The notes: generated by a model from the letters alone, not told the origin. DNA of 64,000 bases from Thecamonas trahens ATCC 50062 (GCF_000142905.1 NW_013657663.1:124001-188000); one strand, 5' to 3'. Counted from the stretch's first letter, positions 1-10,842 are shown. Translations and numbers: made by a program.

Positions 1-140
1 CCTTCAGCCAGCGAGCTGTTGTTGCCGTGAACCCGCCTGCTGCCGGCGACTCGCCCGTGCCCGCCAGCCCGGTGGTTGTGCCTGCTGCTGCGCTCGTCTC
101 CAGGCCCGAGTAGCTGGGAGAGCGCGAGGAGGGTGGTCAT
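1..140 (-). CDS. Possible 5' end of a gene running off the window (MTTLLALSQLLGPGDERSSR...)
   Basis: ATG at 140-138 follows a sense-strand C-rich tract (148-220) like those before many other genes here. The frame is open to the window edge. No recognisable homology. Confidence 0.3.
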   Translation of the reverse strand, partial: MTTLLALSQLLGPGDERSSRHNHRAGGHGRVAGSRRVHGNNSSLAE

Positions 141-319
141 AGTGTATGGGAGGGGTGGGGAGGGGTGGGGAGGGGTGGGGAGGGGTGGGGAGGGGTGGGG
201 GGTGGGGGGTGGGGGGGGTGGAGCGTTGCGCACGAGGGGCGCGTCGACCAGTGGCAGGCAACTGGCGCCGAAAGCAGAGGCCAGGGAGACGGGCAAGCAG
301 CCGCCTGTGATGAGCAAAA

Positions 320-2818
320 CTACATGACCATCCTATCCTTCAATGTTGCTGCTGCTTCGCGTTCGATACGTGAGCTTCTTTCTGCGGTCACTGGATGGCG
401 AGGTAAATTGCACGGTGTGTGGAGGCGAGGGCGGTGCAAAGGCACGCGGCCGCAAGCCCACATTCCGCATCTGTCCCAACTATGTTGCATGATCACCTGC
501 CTCGGGCTGCGCAGCCAGCTCCGCGGCACGATTCTTGAGGGCATTGACGGTGGGGTCGAGGCCGGGACGGTGATGGAGGCGTTGAACGACGATGCCCAAT
601 GCGCCTCTTCGCGTTGGCGAACAGGGTCAAGATAGGGTTGAAGAAAGTCGAGGCGGAGGATTTCCGACGCCGTGGGTCTCTCATTCGGGTCCTTGGCGAG
701 CATGGCTTGGACAAGGTCGGAGAGTTCCACCGAGTAGCACTCGGGGATGTCGGGAGTGCGGCGGTCAACGATGGTTTCCAATAGCGACTGGAGGTCGGCA
801 GCCTTGAACGGGTACGTGAGGGCGCACATACGGAAGAGGAGGGTGCCGAGGCCCCAGATGTCGTTCTTCTGGGTGTACGAGAGGCCCTGACAGAGCTCGG
901 GGGACATGTAGTAGGGCGTGCCGACGCGAGTCTGGCGCATGGATGACTCGGTCTCGAGCTCGGCCGAGAGGCCAAAGTCTGCGAGGCGAAGGGTGTTGTC
1001 TGCTGCGATCATGACGTTCGGTGCCTTGATATCGCGGTGGAGGTACTTGTTGGCGTGGCAGTAGTCGAGGGCGGCGACCAGCTGGGCAAACCATGTGAGG
1101 ACGGTCCTCTCGGAAAAGTACATTTGCGTTGCGCGCTGCTCCTTGATGCGCGAGTCGAGGTCGCCGAGTTCGACGTGCTCCATGACAATGTGGAGGACTT
1201 TGTCGTGGACAAACGACTCGTAGTGCTTGACAATGTGCGGGTGGGTGAGCTCGCCAAGGGCCTGGACCTCGAGCGCGGCGCAGAGCGCATCCTTGGCGGT
1301 GAACGACGACATGTTGATCTTCTTCATGACCACCATCTTGCCGGTCTGGCGATGGCGGGTGAGGTAGACCGAGCCCGAGGTGCCTGACGCGAGAGGCTCG
1401 AGGACGAGGTACTCGTCGACTCGGGCTTCAGAGTGGCTGCCCTTGCCAGGCTCGAGCCCGCTCGACCACGATTTGGATTTTGTCATCGAGTCGCGGAGCG
1501 ACTTGGGCTCGAGCGTGCTGTTGTCCTCAGCGCCAGACGCGGCGGCGGCGCGGACTGCGGCTTCCCAGTCGGCACCGAGTCCGTCGTGGGTGTTGGCCCG
1601 CTCGACAGGCGTAACCGGGTCTGGGTTGAGAGTGGGCGTCGATGCGCCGACAATGTTGACGTCGGGGAACGGGCTACAGACGACAGACGGCGAGTCGGGC
1701 TCGGTCGAGGCTGACGCGACCGAGCCTCGAGATGTGGCGCGTGAAAGCGCGCCACACGACGACCGGTCACCGGACGAGTACTTGCTCAGGCCCACCGACG
1801 AGCCTATGTCGGTCCGGGCAATCGAGGCCTGCTGAAGCGAGACTTCGTGGCTCACCATGTCGGACGACGACTTGGTGCCTTTGACCTTGATGCGACGGCG
1901 TGGGCGGTCGGGTTCTGTCTCGCGTCCAGGGTCACGGGCCTTGTCTTTGCCGCGGGCTCTATCCTTTTCGCGATACTTGGACCGGGCCTTGTCCTTGTCC
2001 TTGTCCTTGGCCCTGGCTTTCGCCTTGTCTTTGACCTTGTCCTTCCGCTTGGCCTTGTCTTTGACCTTGTCTTTCCGCTTAGCCTTAGCCTTGTCCTTCC
2101 GCTTGTCCTTGTCCTTGTCCTTGACCTTGACGCGGACCTTGGAGCGGGTCGGGTCTCGGTCGACCGATGATGGATGCGACCATGAGCGCTCGGTCGAATT
2201 CGTGCGAGAGGAGCGCTCGGAAGAGTTGCTTGGGCCGCGGTGGCCACGCGAGCCGGTCTCGAGAATGCCAGCGCGCAAAAGCTCGCCGCGCATGAAAGAG
2301 GAGAGGTCGACAGCGCCGCCTCCGGGTGACGTCAGGTCGTCATGGGTGGCGGAGCGCTTGCTAAGCGGCGCCATTCCGACGGGGGCGAGCGGGGTCAGGC
2401 GTGTTTGCGACGAGCGCCTGCGGATGGCACGCTGCGAGGAGGAGCGGCCGGCGGTGGCGAGGTGGACAGGCGAGCGAGAGCGTGAGTTGGAGCCGAGTCG
2501 TGAAGCCGATCCCCGGTCGTAGGCATCAGAGAGGTACTGGATGCCGTCGTGTGGTGCGAGCGGGGTGTGCCCACGTGGGTGTGGCGGTCGCGCATCAGAA
2601 ACAGGGAGTAAAGGTGCTGATGCGCGTGGGTCAGCACGTGCCGAACTCGGGCCGCTGAAACGGTGCGGGGACAGCCTGGGCTCGTCGTGGGACGAGAGCG
2701 AGGCCCTGCGGCCGTGGCGCCCGTGACCAGAGGAGGGGGCCCGAAGCGGTGGAAGCAACTCAGACGGGGGCGAGCCGCCCGTGTGTGGCGCGGACGGCGT
2801 CCGCCGGTGCCGCGGCAT
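320..2818 (-). CDS. NIMA-related (NEK-family) Ser/Thr kinase with a long low-complexity N-terminus and a C-terminal kinase domain
   Basis: Motifs VVMKKI, HPHIVKHYESF, HRDIKAPN, LADFG and GTPYYMSPE are NEK-typical. A K/D-rich repeat lies at ~1960-2130. The true stop may be 480-482 if a 1-nt frameshift at ~565 is repaired. Confidence 0.9.
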   Translation of the reverse strand: MPRHRRTPSAPHTGGSPPSELLPPLRAPSSGHGRHGRRASLSSHDEPRLSPHRFSGPSSARADPRASAPLLPVSDARPPHPRGHTPLAPHDGIQYLSDAYDRGSASRLGSNSRSRSPVHLATAGRSSSQRAIRRRSSQTRLTPLAPVGMAPLSKRSATHDDLTSPGGGAVDLSSFMRGELLRAGILETGSRGHRGPSNSSERSSRTNSTERSWSHPSSVDRDPTRSKVRVKVKDKDKDKRKDKAKAKRKDKVKDKAKRKDKVKDKAKARAKDKDKDKARSKYREKDRARGKDKARDPGRETEPDRPRRRIKVKGTKSSSDMVSHEVSLQQASIARTDIGSSVGLSKYSSGDRSSCGALSRATSRGSVASASTEPDSPSVVCSPFPDVNIVGASTPTLNPDPVTPVERANTHDGLGADWEAAVRAAAASGAEDNSTLEPKSLRDSMTKSKSWSSGLEPGKGSHSEARVDEYLVLEPLASGTSGSVYLTRHRQTGKMVVMKKINMSSFTAKDALCAALEVQALGELTHPHIVKHYESFVHDKVLHIVMEHVELGDLDSRIKEQRATQMYFSERTVLTWFAQLVAALDYCHANKYLHRDIKAPNVMIAADNTLRLADFGLSAELETESSMRQTRVGTPYYMSPELCQGLSYTQKNDIWGLGTLLFRMCALTYPFKAADLQSLLETIVDRRTPDIPECYSVELSDLVQAMLAKDPNERPTASEILRLDFLQPYLDPVRQREEAHWASSFNASITVPASTPPSMPSRIVPRSWLRSPRQVIMQHSWDRCGMWACGRVPLHRPRLHTPCNLPRHPVTAERSSRIEREAAATLKDRMVM

Positions 2819-4388
2819 GGGTGCAGACGCGGGTCAGCTGCAGGATGGCGCAGAAGGGCCAGCGAACACTCTGTGACTCAATCAATCAATCGGCGTTTGA
2901 CTACGTTTGCAGAATTCCCTGGCAATAACTGCGGGTTCCGTCGTAGCGACGCGCAAAGTGGGACAGAATAGCAAGACGGGCGAGAGGAACACGGAGCGGA
3001 CGCCACAGACACAGAGAGCGTCGCGCTAGTTGTTCCGGTTTCACTGCCTCGGCGGGTTTGGAAAGAGCCAAGTGCTTGTTGGTAGCCCGAGTGTCGCCCG
3101 GTGTGCCCGAGTGTCGGGGAGAGCTGGTTGCTGCAAGTGGGGGAGGAGGCGCGGCGAGTTGGCGGCTTTTGTGCGGCCACGAAAAACCCGCATTGTTTGC
3201 GCGGTGGCGGGTCAACGCAAGCGGCGAGACTGAGCCAATGTAGGGACATGGCGCCATCGGTCTGCGACAGCAATTGGTGAATGGCCGATGTGACTGTGCC
3301 GCTACCGCTACGCGAGACTACCGCCCGTAGGAGACATGCGCAGCGAGTGGACATCAGCCGTCGCCAAAAGCGATGATTGGTTGTCGACAGCCACATGACA
3401 AGATTGGACGACAGCTCGAATAATGGTGCGGAGGTTATGATTGGCGTGGACCGCTTGTGGAAACCTGCTTAAGGTTGTGGAGAACAGGTTTGTGGTCGGT
3501 GCAGCGTGTGGCCAATGTACGAGTGGGAACGCGTCGAGCGGGCTGTATGTAGTTGGCTGTGCAGTAAGGTTGAGTATATCCAAGTGAAAAAGTCCTTGTG
3601 GTCTCATTCTGGCTGCGGGGGTTGTGAACGCCGGGTCGACAAGCCGCCCACTCGCGACTGCAGCGGCGCTCTCCTCCAACTACAGCGGCGAGGCCATTTG
3701 GTGTGGCGACCAACCAGCCGCTTGGGCTTGGTGGCGGTGATATGTTCGTGTGGTTGTAGTAACCCTTGACGGTACCGTCGTTCGGACGCGTTGTCGCGCG
3801 TCTCAACGTGAGCAACTCGATGATGCTTGGCTTCCAGGTCACCGGCCGACACTGCGCGACGCCTGCTTGGTCTGTGGCTTGAGGTGGGAGGCGCGGCCGA
3901 TGCGTGGCTCGCACGTAGGGCCTGCCTGCCGCTCGACGCTCATCCCGGCAACGCCGTTGTGTGCAACGTGGGCGACGAGCTCGCTGTTGTCGCGTGGAAG
4001 GCCTTGATGCAGTACCGTTTCCTGGCATCCTGCTCTCGTCCTCCAGGCTCGACGACGCGACTACCTCGCCTGCCGGAAGCTTCACGGTAAGCAATCGCGG
4101 CCGCGGACCTTTTGCGCCGCGCGCGGTGTCCATCTCTGCATCACCGACTGCTTTCTGTTGTGGCCCACCAGTGGCCACAGCAGCCATTACTACATTGTAC
4201 TACTCCTTTACCGCGAAATGATGGACGTTGCGACGTCTGTGGAGCGTCGCAGAGCGACACGATGCAAAAATTTGTCCATCCGTACGGTAAAGGAATAGCA
4301 AAATTTTCTGCAAAACCGGCCAGTACACCTGGTGTCCGGGCGTTGCAAGCCAGACACGCGTACAGCCACCGCACTTTCTTTGCTACCC

Positions 4389-7300
4389 ATGTCGTCCTCG
4401 TCCTCGTCGTCGGCGTCGTCTAACTCGTCCAGCTCCTCGGGCTCTTCAGGCACCAGCTCGGGGAGCTCTTCCGACTCGGCCGCCCCCGCTGCGCGCTCTG
4501 CGGTGTCCCCTGCGAGTGACGCAACTCCCGCACCTGTGCCTGCTGTGAGCAGCAACGGCCACGACAACGCGGAGCCTACTGCCGACGCCGGAGCCGAGGC
4601 TGCAGCCGATGCCGACGCTGTTGCCGACGCCGGAGCCGAGGCTGTAGCCGATGCCGAGGCTGTTGCCGAGACCGAGACCGAGACCGAGCCCGAGGCTGAG
4701 CCTGTGCCCGATGCCGAGGTCGATGCCGAGCCCGAGGTCGAGGCCGAGCCTATTGCCGAGCCTGCTGCCGAGCCTGCTGCCGAGCCTGCTGCCGAGGCCG
4801 ATGCCGAGGTCGAGGCAGAGCCTATTGCCGATCCTGCTGTCGAGCCTGCTGCCGAGCGTGCTGCCGAGGCCGATGTCCAAGCCGAGCCCGAGGCCGAGCC
4901 TTCTGCCGAAGCCGAACCAGAGCCCGAGCTCACCCCCGAGCCCAGCCCCGAGCCCGAGGCTGATCTCACCCCACTGCCAGAGCCGTCGCAGCCACCAGCT
5001 GAGCTGTTCGAGGAGGCCTTTACGTACGAAAAGTCCAAGTATGAGTACACGACGGCACGGATCCAGGTCAAAGCCATGGAGCAGCGCATGCTGCTCGAGT
5101 ACGCAACATCGCCGTCGCAGCGCGAAACGCTGTTTGAGGATACGTTCCTCATGACCCATTCCGAGTGGCTGCCTTCGCACGGCCTGGCCGAGTTTCTGTG
5201 CAAGCGTGCGGCGTCGGCGCCGGCAGAGTCCATTGCCAACGTCTTTGACTCGCGCCCGGCTGACCACGCTGCGTGCAAGTTCCATCTGCAAAAGCGCCAG
5301 CTCAACATGGCCCGCTACTGGATGGCGCACTTTTCCTACGACATGCACAAGCCCGGCGTCGAGTTCTGGCTCCGTAAGCTCATCGCCGCCATTCTCGCAG
5401 AGCACGCCACCCCCGACGAGACCGGTGATGACGAGCCCGAGCTCGCCGTCCTTGCCACCGAGACCGGGCACTGGCTTGACGAAGTCCTCCGAAACGGCGC
5501 CGTCAAGTACACTATCGCCCCGCTCGACACCCTGGCCGAGGAGCCTGTCGCCGTGCCGGAGCCGCTTGTGCCCAACGTCAACCCGATCACTATGCTCGAG
5601 GACGTCAACCCGATTGAGGTCGCCCGACAGCTCACCCTCCATGACTTTGAGCTGTTCTATGCCATCCGCCCTTGTGAGTTCCTCCATTCGTGCTGGTCGG
5701 ACAAGGATGCCGGCCGCGAGACCGCGCCCAACGTTCTTGCCCTCATCGACTCGTTCAACCACTGGTCGGCTCGCGTCACCTCGGACATCCTCGCCCTGCC
5801 CAAGACCGCCAACCAGACCCACCGCGTGTGTTTCTTCCTCGACGTTGCTCTCGCATGCCGCAAGCTTGACAACTTCAACTCGCTCTGGGCCATCATGTCG
5901 GCGCTCCAATCGGCCGCCATTGCGCGTCTCGAGCCTGTCTGGGCCTCGCTCCCGGCGAGCTACCGCGAGATCTACGACTCGCTTGCCGAGCTCATGTCGA
6001 CCTCACACAACTTTGCCAACTACCGCACCGCCCTCACCCGCGTCTCCCCGCCGTCGATCCCCTACCTCGGCCTCATGCTCCAAGACCTGACCTTTATCCA
6101 CGACGGCAACGACTCGCTCGTCAGCCCGGCCGACGACGAGAATCTCGAGTTCTCGCTAGTCAACGTCGAGAAGCATGCCATGTCTGCCAAAGTCATCAAC
6201 CTCATCCTCGGCCTCCAGGACCGCTCGTCGGCACGGGACTCTCCGGCAGGTGGCCTTGCGGGCGGCCGCGGCTACCCGCTCCACACCCTCGACACCGTCC
6301 GGGACTACCTCCTCTCCAGCGACGGCATCCTCGCCGATGAAGCCGCCTACCAGCTCTCACTCGAGCGCTTCCCGCGCGGCTCCAAGGTCAAAAAGTCCAA
6401 GGTCAAGCACAAGCCGCTGGATCCAGAGACCGTCGTCAAGCCAGACGCCCATGATACCGGCGTTGACCCGGCATCGACCGCGGCCTTTGTCGCAGACGTC
6501 ACCGCCCGCCTTGTCGAAGAGTCATACGCCACCGGCGAGGTCATTGTCCGTGTCGGCTCGCCCGGCGACGCAATGTATTTTGTCAAGTCTGGCCAGATTG
6601 AGGTTCGCCTCCGCCACGGCGCTGTCCGCTACCTGGCCGGCGGCCAGTTCTTCGGCGAGGTCTCAATCTTCAAGTCAGGCAAGCGGACCGCCACCGTTCT
6701 TGCCGCCACAGACACCGTTGTATCCCGCCTCGACCGCGACGTTCTCCTCTCTACCATCGGCAACTTTCCCGACGTCGAGACTGCCTTCCGCCAGCTTGCC
6801 TCGGAGCGCCTGGCCAACTCGTCGAACCCACGCCGCCGCTCGAAAAAGCCCAAGTGGCTGTCCTCGATCTCTGCCGCTGCCGCCGCTGCCGCCGCCGCGC
6901 CGTCGGCCGCCGCTGCCTCGCCTGCTGCCGCCGCTTCTGCTGCTGCCGCCCCGGCCGCCGCCTCAGATGCTGCTCCGGCTGAGCAGGCCGAGAAGCCGTT
7001 GACCAAGGCCGAGCTCAAGGCCAAGGCCAAGGCCGAGAAGGAGGCCCGCAAGAAGGCCGAGGCCGAGGCCAAGGCCAAGGCCAAGGCCGAGAAGGAGGCC
7101 CGCAAGAAGGCCGAGGCCGAGGCCAAAGCCAAGGCCAAGGCCGAAAAGGAGGCTCGCAAGAAGGCCAAGAAGCTCAACAAGTCGGCCTCTCAGGCTTCGC
7201 TCGCCGACTCGACCTCGGAGCTCGCCGAGTCCGAGGCCGATGCCGAGTCTGAGGCTGCTGACGGCAGCGCCAAGGACAAGGGCAAGGGCAAGGACAAGGG

Positions 7301-7727
7301 CAAGGACAAGGGTAAGAAGAAGGACAAGAAGAAGGACAAGAAAAAGGACAAGAAGAAGGCCAAGGCCAAGGGAGAGGACGAAGGCGAGGAAGCCGATGCT
7401 GGGACAGAGCCTGCTGCCGAGCCTGCTGCCGAGCCTGCTGCCGAGCCTGCTGCCGAGCCTGTTGTGGCGCCTGCTGCTGCCGAGCCTGCTGCTGCCGAGC
7501 CTGCCGCCGCCGAGCCTACTGTCGAGCCTGCTGCTGATGAGGAAGCCGGTATGGACAAGGTTGAGAACGAGGCAGAGGCTGCCGAGCCCGAGCCCGCCGC
7601 CGAGCCCGCCGCCGAGTCCGCCTTGGAGCCCGCCGAGCCCGCCGAGCCCGCCGAGTCTGATAATGGCAAGAGCAAGAAGAAGGACAAGAAGAAGAAGAAG
7701 AAGAAAAAGTCCAAGGACGCCGAGTAG
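4389..7727 (+). CDS. Ras guanine-nucleotide exchange factor (REM + CDC25 domain) followed by a cyclic-nucleotide-binding domain, with acidic AEP repeats and a Lys-rich tail
   Basis: CDC25 motifs EVARQLT, NFNSLWAIMSAL and PYLGLMLQDLTFIHDGN. cNMP motifs GDAMYFVKSG and FFGEVS...RTATV. First ATG is at 4389. Confidence 0.9.
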   Translation: MSSSSSSSASSNSSSSSGSSGTSSGSSSDSAAPAARSAVSPASDATPAPVPAVSSNGHDNAEPTADAGAEAAADADAVADAGAEAVADAEAVAETETETEPEAEPVPDAEVDAEPEVEAEPIAEPAAEPAAEPAAEADAEVEAEPIADPAVEPAAERAAEADVQAEPEAEPSAEAEPEPELTPEPSPEPEADLTPLPEPSQPPAELFEEAFTYEKSKYEYTTARIQVKAMEQRMLLEYATSPSQRETLFEDTFLMTHSEWLPSHGLAEFLCKRAASAPAESIANVFDSRPADHAACKFHLQKRQLNMARYWMAHFSYDMHKPGVEFWLRKLIAAILAEHATPDETGDDEPELAVLATETGHWLDEVLRNGAVKYTIAPLDTLAEEPVAVPEPLVPNVNPITMLEDVNPIEVARQLTLHDFELFYAIRPCEFLHSCWSDKDAGRETAPNVLALIDSFNHWSARVTSDILALPKTANQTHRVCFFLDVALACRKLDNFNSLWAIMSALQSAAIARLEPVWASLPASYREIYDSLAELMSTSHNFANYRTALTRVSPPSIPYLGLMLQDLTFIHDGNDSLVSPADDENLEFSLVNVEKHAMSAKVINLILGLQDRSSARDSPAGGLAGGRGYPLHTLDTVRDYLLSSDGILADEAAYQLSLERFPRGSKVKKSKVKHKPLDPETVVKPDAHDTGVDPASTAAFVADVTARLVEESYATGEVIVRVGSPGDAMYFVKSGQIEVRLRHGAVRYLAGGQFFGEVSIFKSGKRTATVLAATDTVVSRLDRDVLLSTIGNFPDVETAFRQLASERLANSSNPRRRSKKPKWLSSISAAAAAAAAAPSAAAASPAAAASAAAAPAAASDAAPAEQAEKPLTKAELKAKAKAEKEARKKAEAEAKAKAKAEKEARKKAEAEAKAKAKAEKEARKKAKKLNKSASQASLADSTSELAESEADAESEAADGSAKDKGKGKDKGKDKGKKKDKKKDKKKDKKKAKAKGEDEGEEADAGTEPAAEPAAEPAAEPAAEPVVAPAAAEPAAAEPAAAEPTVEPAADEEAGMDKVENEAEAAEPEPAAEPAAESALEPAEPAEPAESDNGKSKKKDKKKKKKKKSKDAE

Positions 7728-7775
7728 TCTAGACCTGCTACCAACCTTATTTTCAACACAGTAAAGACATCAATC

Positions 7776-10592
7776 TCACACACCAGGCACCACCGGCACA
7801 AACGGCGTGTCTGGCGTGAGGCACGACGACGACGATGCTGAAGATGCTGACGACGACGCTGCCGCCGGCTCGGACACGCTGTCGACACCAGGATACATAC
7901 TCCGCCGCTTTGTCGGCACCAGATAGTTGCGAGCAAGAGTGGCAAACATGGCGAGGAATGGTGTCGAGTCGAGCATCAGGATGTGCGCTGCGCGCCCGAC
8001 CATCGAGTCGAGCGAGAGCGAGTCTACATCAAACATGACGTCGGTCCGGATGACGGTAGTCGAGGCAAGCACGGTAAAGAGTGCGTCCAGGATGGCGAGA
8101 TATGCCGAGCCCTTTTCCTTAGAGTACAGCGCCTCGGGTGAGAGCTCCATCCGCGACGATGCATAAGGGACGTAGCGATCCTGCGGCGACGAGACAAGGA
8201 GGACCACTGAAAAGAGGCCAAAGTTTGCGTCGTGCGCAAGCTTGTACATAAAGGTCTCTTCGAGAGTGTCAGCGTCGGTCAGTGAGAGCTGCGCCAGGCA
8301 CGTCGATCGCTTCCACTTCTTAAGAAGCCACATGGCCGAGCCCACAAGCGTCGACGAGCCAAACATGGTCCCACAGTGCGGACCCGAGAGCGAGACAAAA
8401 GCGTGGAGGCGTGGGAGAAACTCGCACAGCTCGCGCTTACTCAGTGCAGCGCGGACAATGATGGTCCCCAGTGAGTGGCCCACAAACGAGAGCGCGCCAA
8501 TTCGGAGCCTCTCGCTCCGCACAAAGAGCCAAATCTCGTGCGCCAGCCGCTCCGCCATCTCGTCGATGTCGCACAGCGTGTCCTTCTCGTTTGCCGCAGA
8601 GAGCAAGTGCTCCGCCTCGGGAAACAGAATCGCCAGTTCGTTGCGGAGCAACCGCAGGTCAAACGCGTTGCCCGCGAGCCCGTGAACGTACACAAACAGA
8701 TGGACCGTCCCCGCCGCAAGACTCGGCTCAGGCACATTCGCCAGCAATGTCTCCTCGTCTTCAAGCCCCAGAACTCGGAGCTGGTCATCGCCTCCTCCAG
8801 CAGCTGCCATAAACTCGTCAACAACACTCGCCGCCGGCGATGGCATCTCATAAGCTGGTGGCGGGCTCAGCGGCTCGCCCTCGCCCGAGTCTGAGAGCCG
8901 CGACGAGCTCGAGCCCGACGCCGCCGTGCCGGTTGCGGGTGCCGACGCAGACGACTCACTTGGCCCTGCCTCGCCAGCCCGCCTTGCTGCCGATGCCGCC
9001 GGTGCCGCCCAATTCCATGTTGGCGGAACGTCAGGTCCAACGTGAACAATGTCCTGAAACACCACATGCTTGGCCCGAAACGGCGCGTCCGGCGAGAGGT
9101 CAACGATCGGGTCGCGTGGGCGCTCGGCCAACCGCACCTTGGCCAGCATACCCGCCAACTCACGGTGCCAGACCATGCGCTGCGAGTTAAACAGGTGCGC
9201 GCTTGACGCTAGGCCGGGCGTCGCACTCGATGATAGCGGTGTGTGGTACCGGAACACGTTGTCGGCCCATCCATGGAGTCTGTAGCGCTCGAATCGCGTA
9301 CGCAGCTGCTGCCGCAGGCTCGGGGTGTGAGCGAGGATGAGACAGCCGACGTAGGTGGTGTGCAGCTCGTCGAGTGCATCTGCAAGCGAGGTCAACTCGT
9401 CGAGCAGCAGCAAGCCAACTGTCGTTTCGCACGCATCCGGCCCAAGCGCAGTAACACCAGACTCGAGCCGCGCCCGCGCTTCGGCACCGACCGTGGCGGC
9501 CCGGGCCGGGTCAGCCAGCGCCGTCGCAGTCTCGATCATGGCGTCGAGATCACGGGCCCGGGGATGCAGATGCAAGCCGGGCTCCGAGGCAATGAGAAAT
9601 CCGAGCGTGGTCCGCGAGCCCGAGCATGTCGCCCACAGCTCGCAGAAAGCGGCGCTCTGAACCTTGTACGCAGCAGCAAGGCGGTCCAGGACCGACGACG
9701 GCGGCAGCGCCGACGGCGCCGCTACCAAGTCGGCTACCGATGCCGAAACCGACTTGGGCGACCGTGGCGGCGTCGGATGTGGAGGAAAGACGGCAGGGAA
9801 GAGCTTCTGTCGCCGCGGGCGCGGCAGCGGCGGCGCCTGCAGCGTCAGTGCCACAAGCGCAGAGTGCGCCAACAGGTGCAGCAGGCCGAAGAACGACTCG
9901 CCAAACGTAACTTCGTAGTACGCGTGCGCATGGACTGTGGTCTCGGGACTCGCCAGAAGATACCGCCGCACTGCTGCGCACTTGAGCGCCTGCCCATTGA
10001 ACTCGGTCGAGTACCACAACTCAACGGTAGCGAGCATGTCCTCACACACCCCGCTTGCAGCCTCGGCAAGCGCGACTTCAAAGACCACCACGTCGTTAAG
10101 GACAGCAGCCTCGGCTTGGTACCGGATCTCAAACTGCGCCGAGTGGAAGACGTCGCCGGCGATGTACGGCCTCGACACGACGTTGGCCGACGCGGCCTCT
10201 GCCTCGAACGATGACTCGTCGACAGCATCGCTCGAGCAAACATCAACAACAACACCGGGCTCGCCATCGGCAACACCAGAGCCCGAGCCCGAGCGGACGT
10301 GCCGGTGCAACGGGCAGTGCGTCATCAGCGCCTTGGTCAGCGGGGCCGCAGACGCTTTGCTGCACGATGTCGGGCGGGCAGGCACGTTCGACTCGGCCGT
10401 CGCCACCGACAGCCGCAGCTCGTACACTCCGCGCTCAAACAGATCCACATTAACAAACGATTCGAGCACAAAGGTCACTCGCGCGAGGCCATGCAGCTGC
10501 CCGCCCGGTGCCGTCGCGCCTCTCGGGCGGCTCGGCCCAGCCTCGACGCCGGCCATGGACCCAGCTGCAGAGCCTGACTCAACGTCAGACAT
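7776..10592 (-). CDS. FAM135: FAM135-family protein (N-terminal C2-like region, C-terminal DUF676 alpha/beta-hydrolase)
   Basis: N-terminal FVNVDLFERGVYELR. C-terminal HLFVYVHGLAGN, nucleophile motif GHSLG, QDRYVPY and GRAAHI. Confidence 0.85.
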   Translation of the reverse strand: MSDVESGSAAGSMAGVEAGPSRPRGATAPGGQLHGLARVTFVLESFVNVDLFERGVYELRLSVATAESNVPARPTSCSKASAAPLTKALMTHCPLHRHVRSGSGSGVADGEPGVVVDVCSSDAVDESSFEAEAASANVVSRPYIAGDVFHSAQFEIRYQAEAAVLNDVVVFEVALAEAASGVCEDMLATVELWYSTEFNGQALKCAAVRRYLLASPETTVHAHAYYEVTFGESFFGLLHLLAHSALVALTLQAPPLPRPRRQKLFPAVFPPHPTPPRSPKSVSASVADLVAAPSALPPSSVLDRLAAAYKVQSAAFCELWATCSGSRTTLGFLIASEPGLHLHPRARDLDAMIETATALADPARAATVGAEARARLESGVTALGPDACETTVGLLLLDELTSLADALDELHTTYVGCLILAHTPSLRQQLRTRFERYRLHGWADNVFRYHTPLSSSATPGLASSAHLFNSQRMVWHRELAGMLAKVRLAERPRDPIVDLSPDAPFRAKHVVFQDIVHVGPDVPPTWNWAAPAASAARRAGEAGPSESSASAPATGTAASGSSSSRLSDSGEGEPLSPPPAYEMPSPAASVVDEFMAAAGGGDDQLRVLGLEDEETLLANVPEPSLAAGTVHLFVYVHGLAGNAFDLRLLRNELAILFPEAEHLLSAANEKDTLCDIDEMAERLAHEIWLFVRSERLRIGALSFVGHSLGTIIVRAALSKRELCEFLPRLHAFVSLSGPHCGTMFGSSTLVGSAMWLLKKWKRSTCLAQLSLTDADTLEETFMYKLAHDANFGLFSVVLLVSSPQDRYVPYASSRMELSPEALYSKEKGSAYLAILDALFTVLASTTVIRTDVMFDVDSLSLDSMVGRAAHILMLDSTPFLAMFATLARNYLVPTKRRSMYPGVDSVSEPAAASSSASSASSSSCLTPDTPFVPVVPGV

Positions 10593-10842
10593 GCCAGAGA
10601 AGAGTGCCCCGTACCCTACCTACAGAAAAGGCTTGTCGCTGCTAGCTAATCCCTGCTTTCTCCTTTCGGCGCCGTGGAAGGCGTCAAGTGACGTAGCAAG
10701 GCGTTTGGGGCGGAGGGGGGGGGAGAGCCGAGAGGTGTACCTCGCTCGCGAACACTCTCCAACCAAACTGCAAGCCGCTCGCCGTCCCCGCCCCAGCCAC
10801 AGCCACACCTCACCCACTCCCCCAACACACCCACACACATAC

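Noticed and set aside
148-220. (GGGGA/GGGGT)n as a telomeric repeat
   Set aside because: It is not TTAGGG-like, and the same type of tract precedes many internal genes.
3435-4187. 250-aa minus-strand ORF
   Set aside because: It has no recognisable motif and lacks the host third-position bias, so I cannot support it as a gene.
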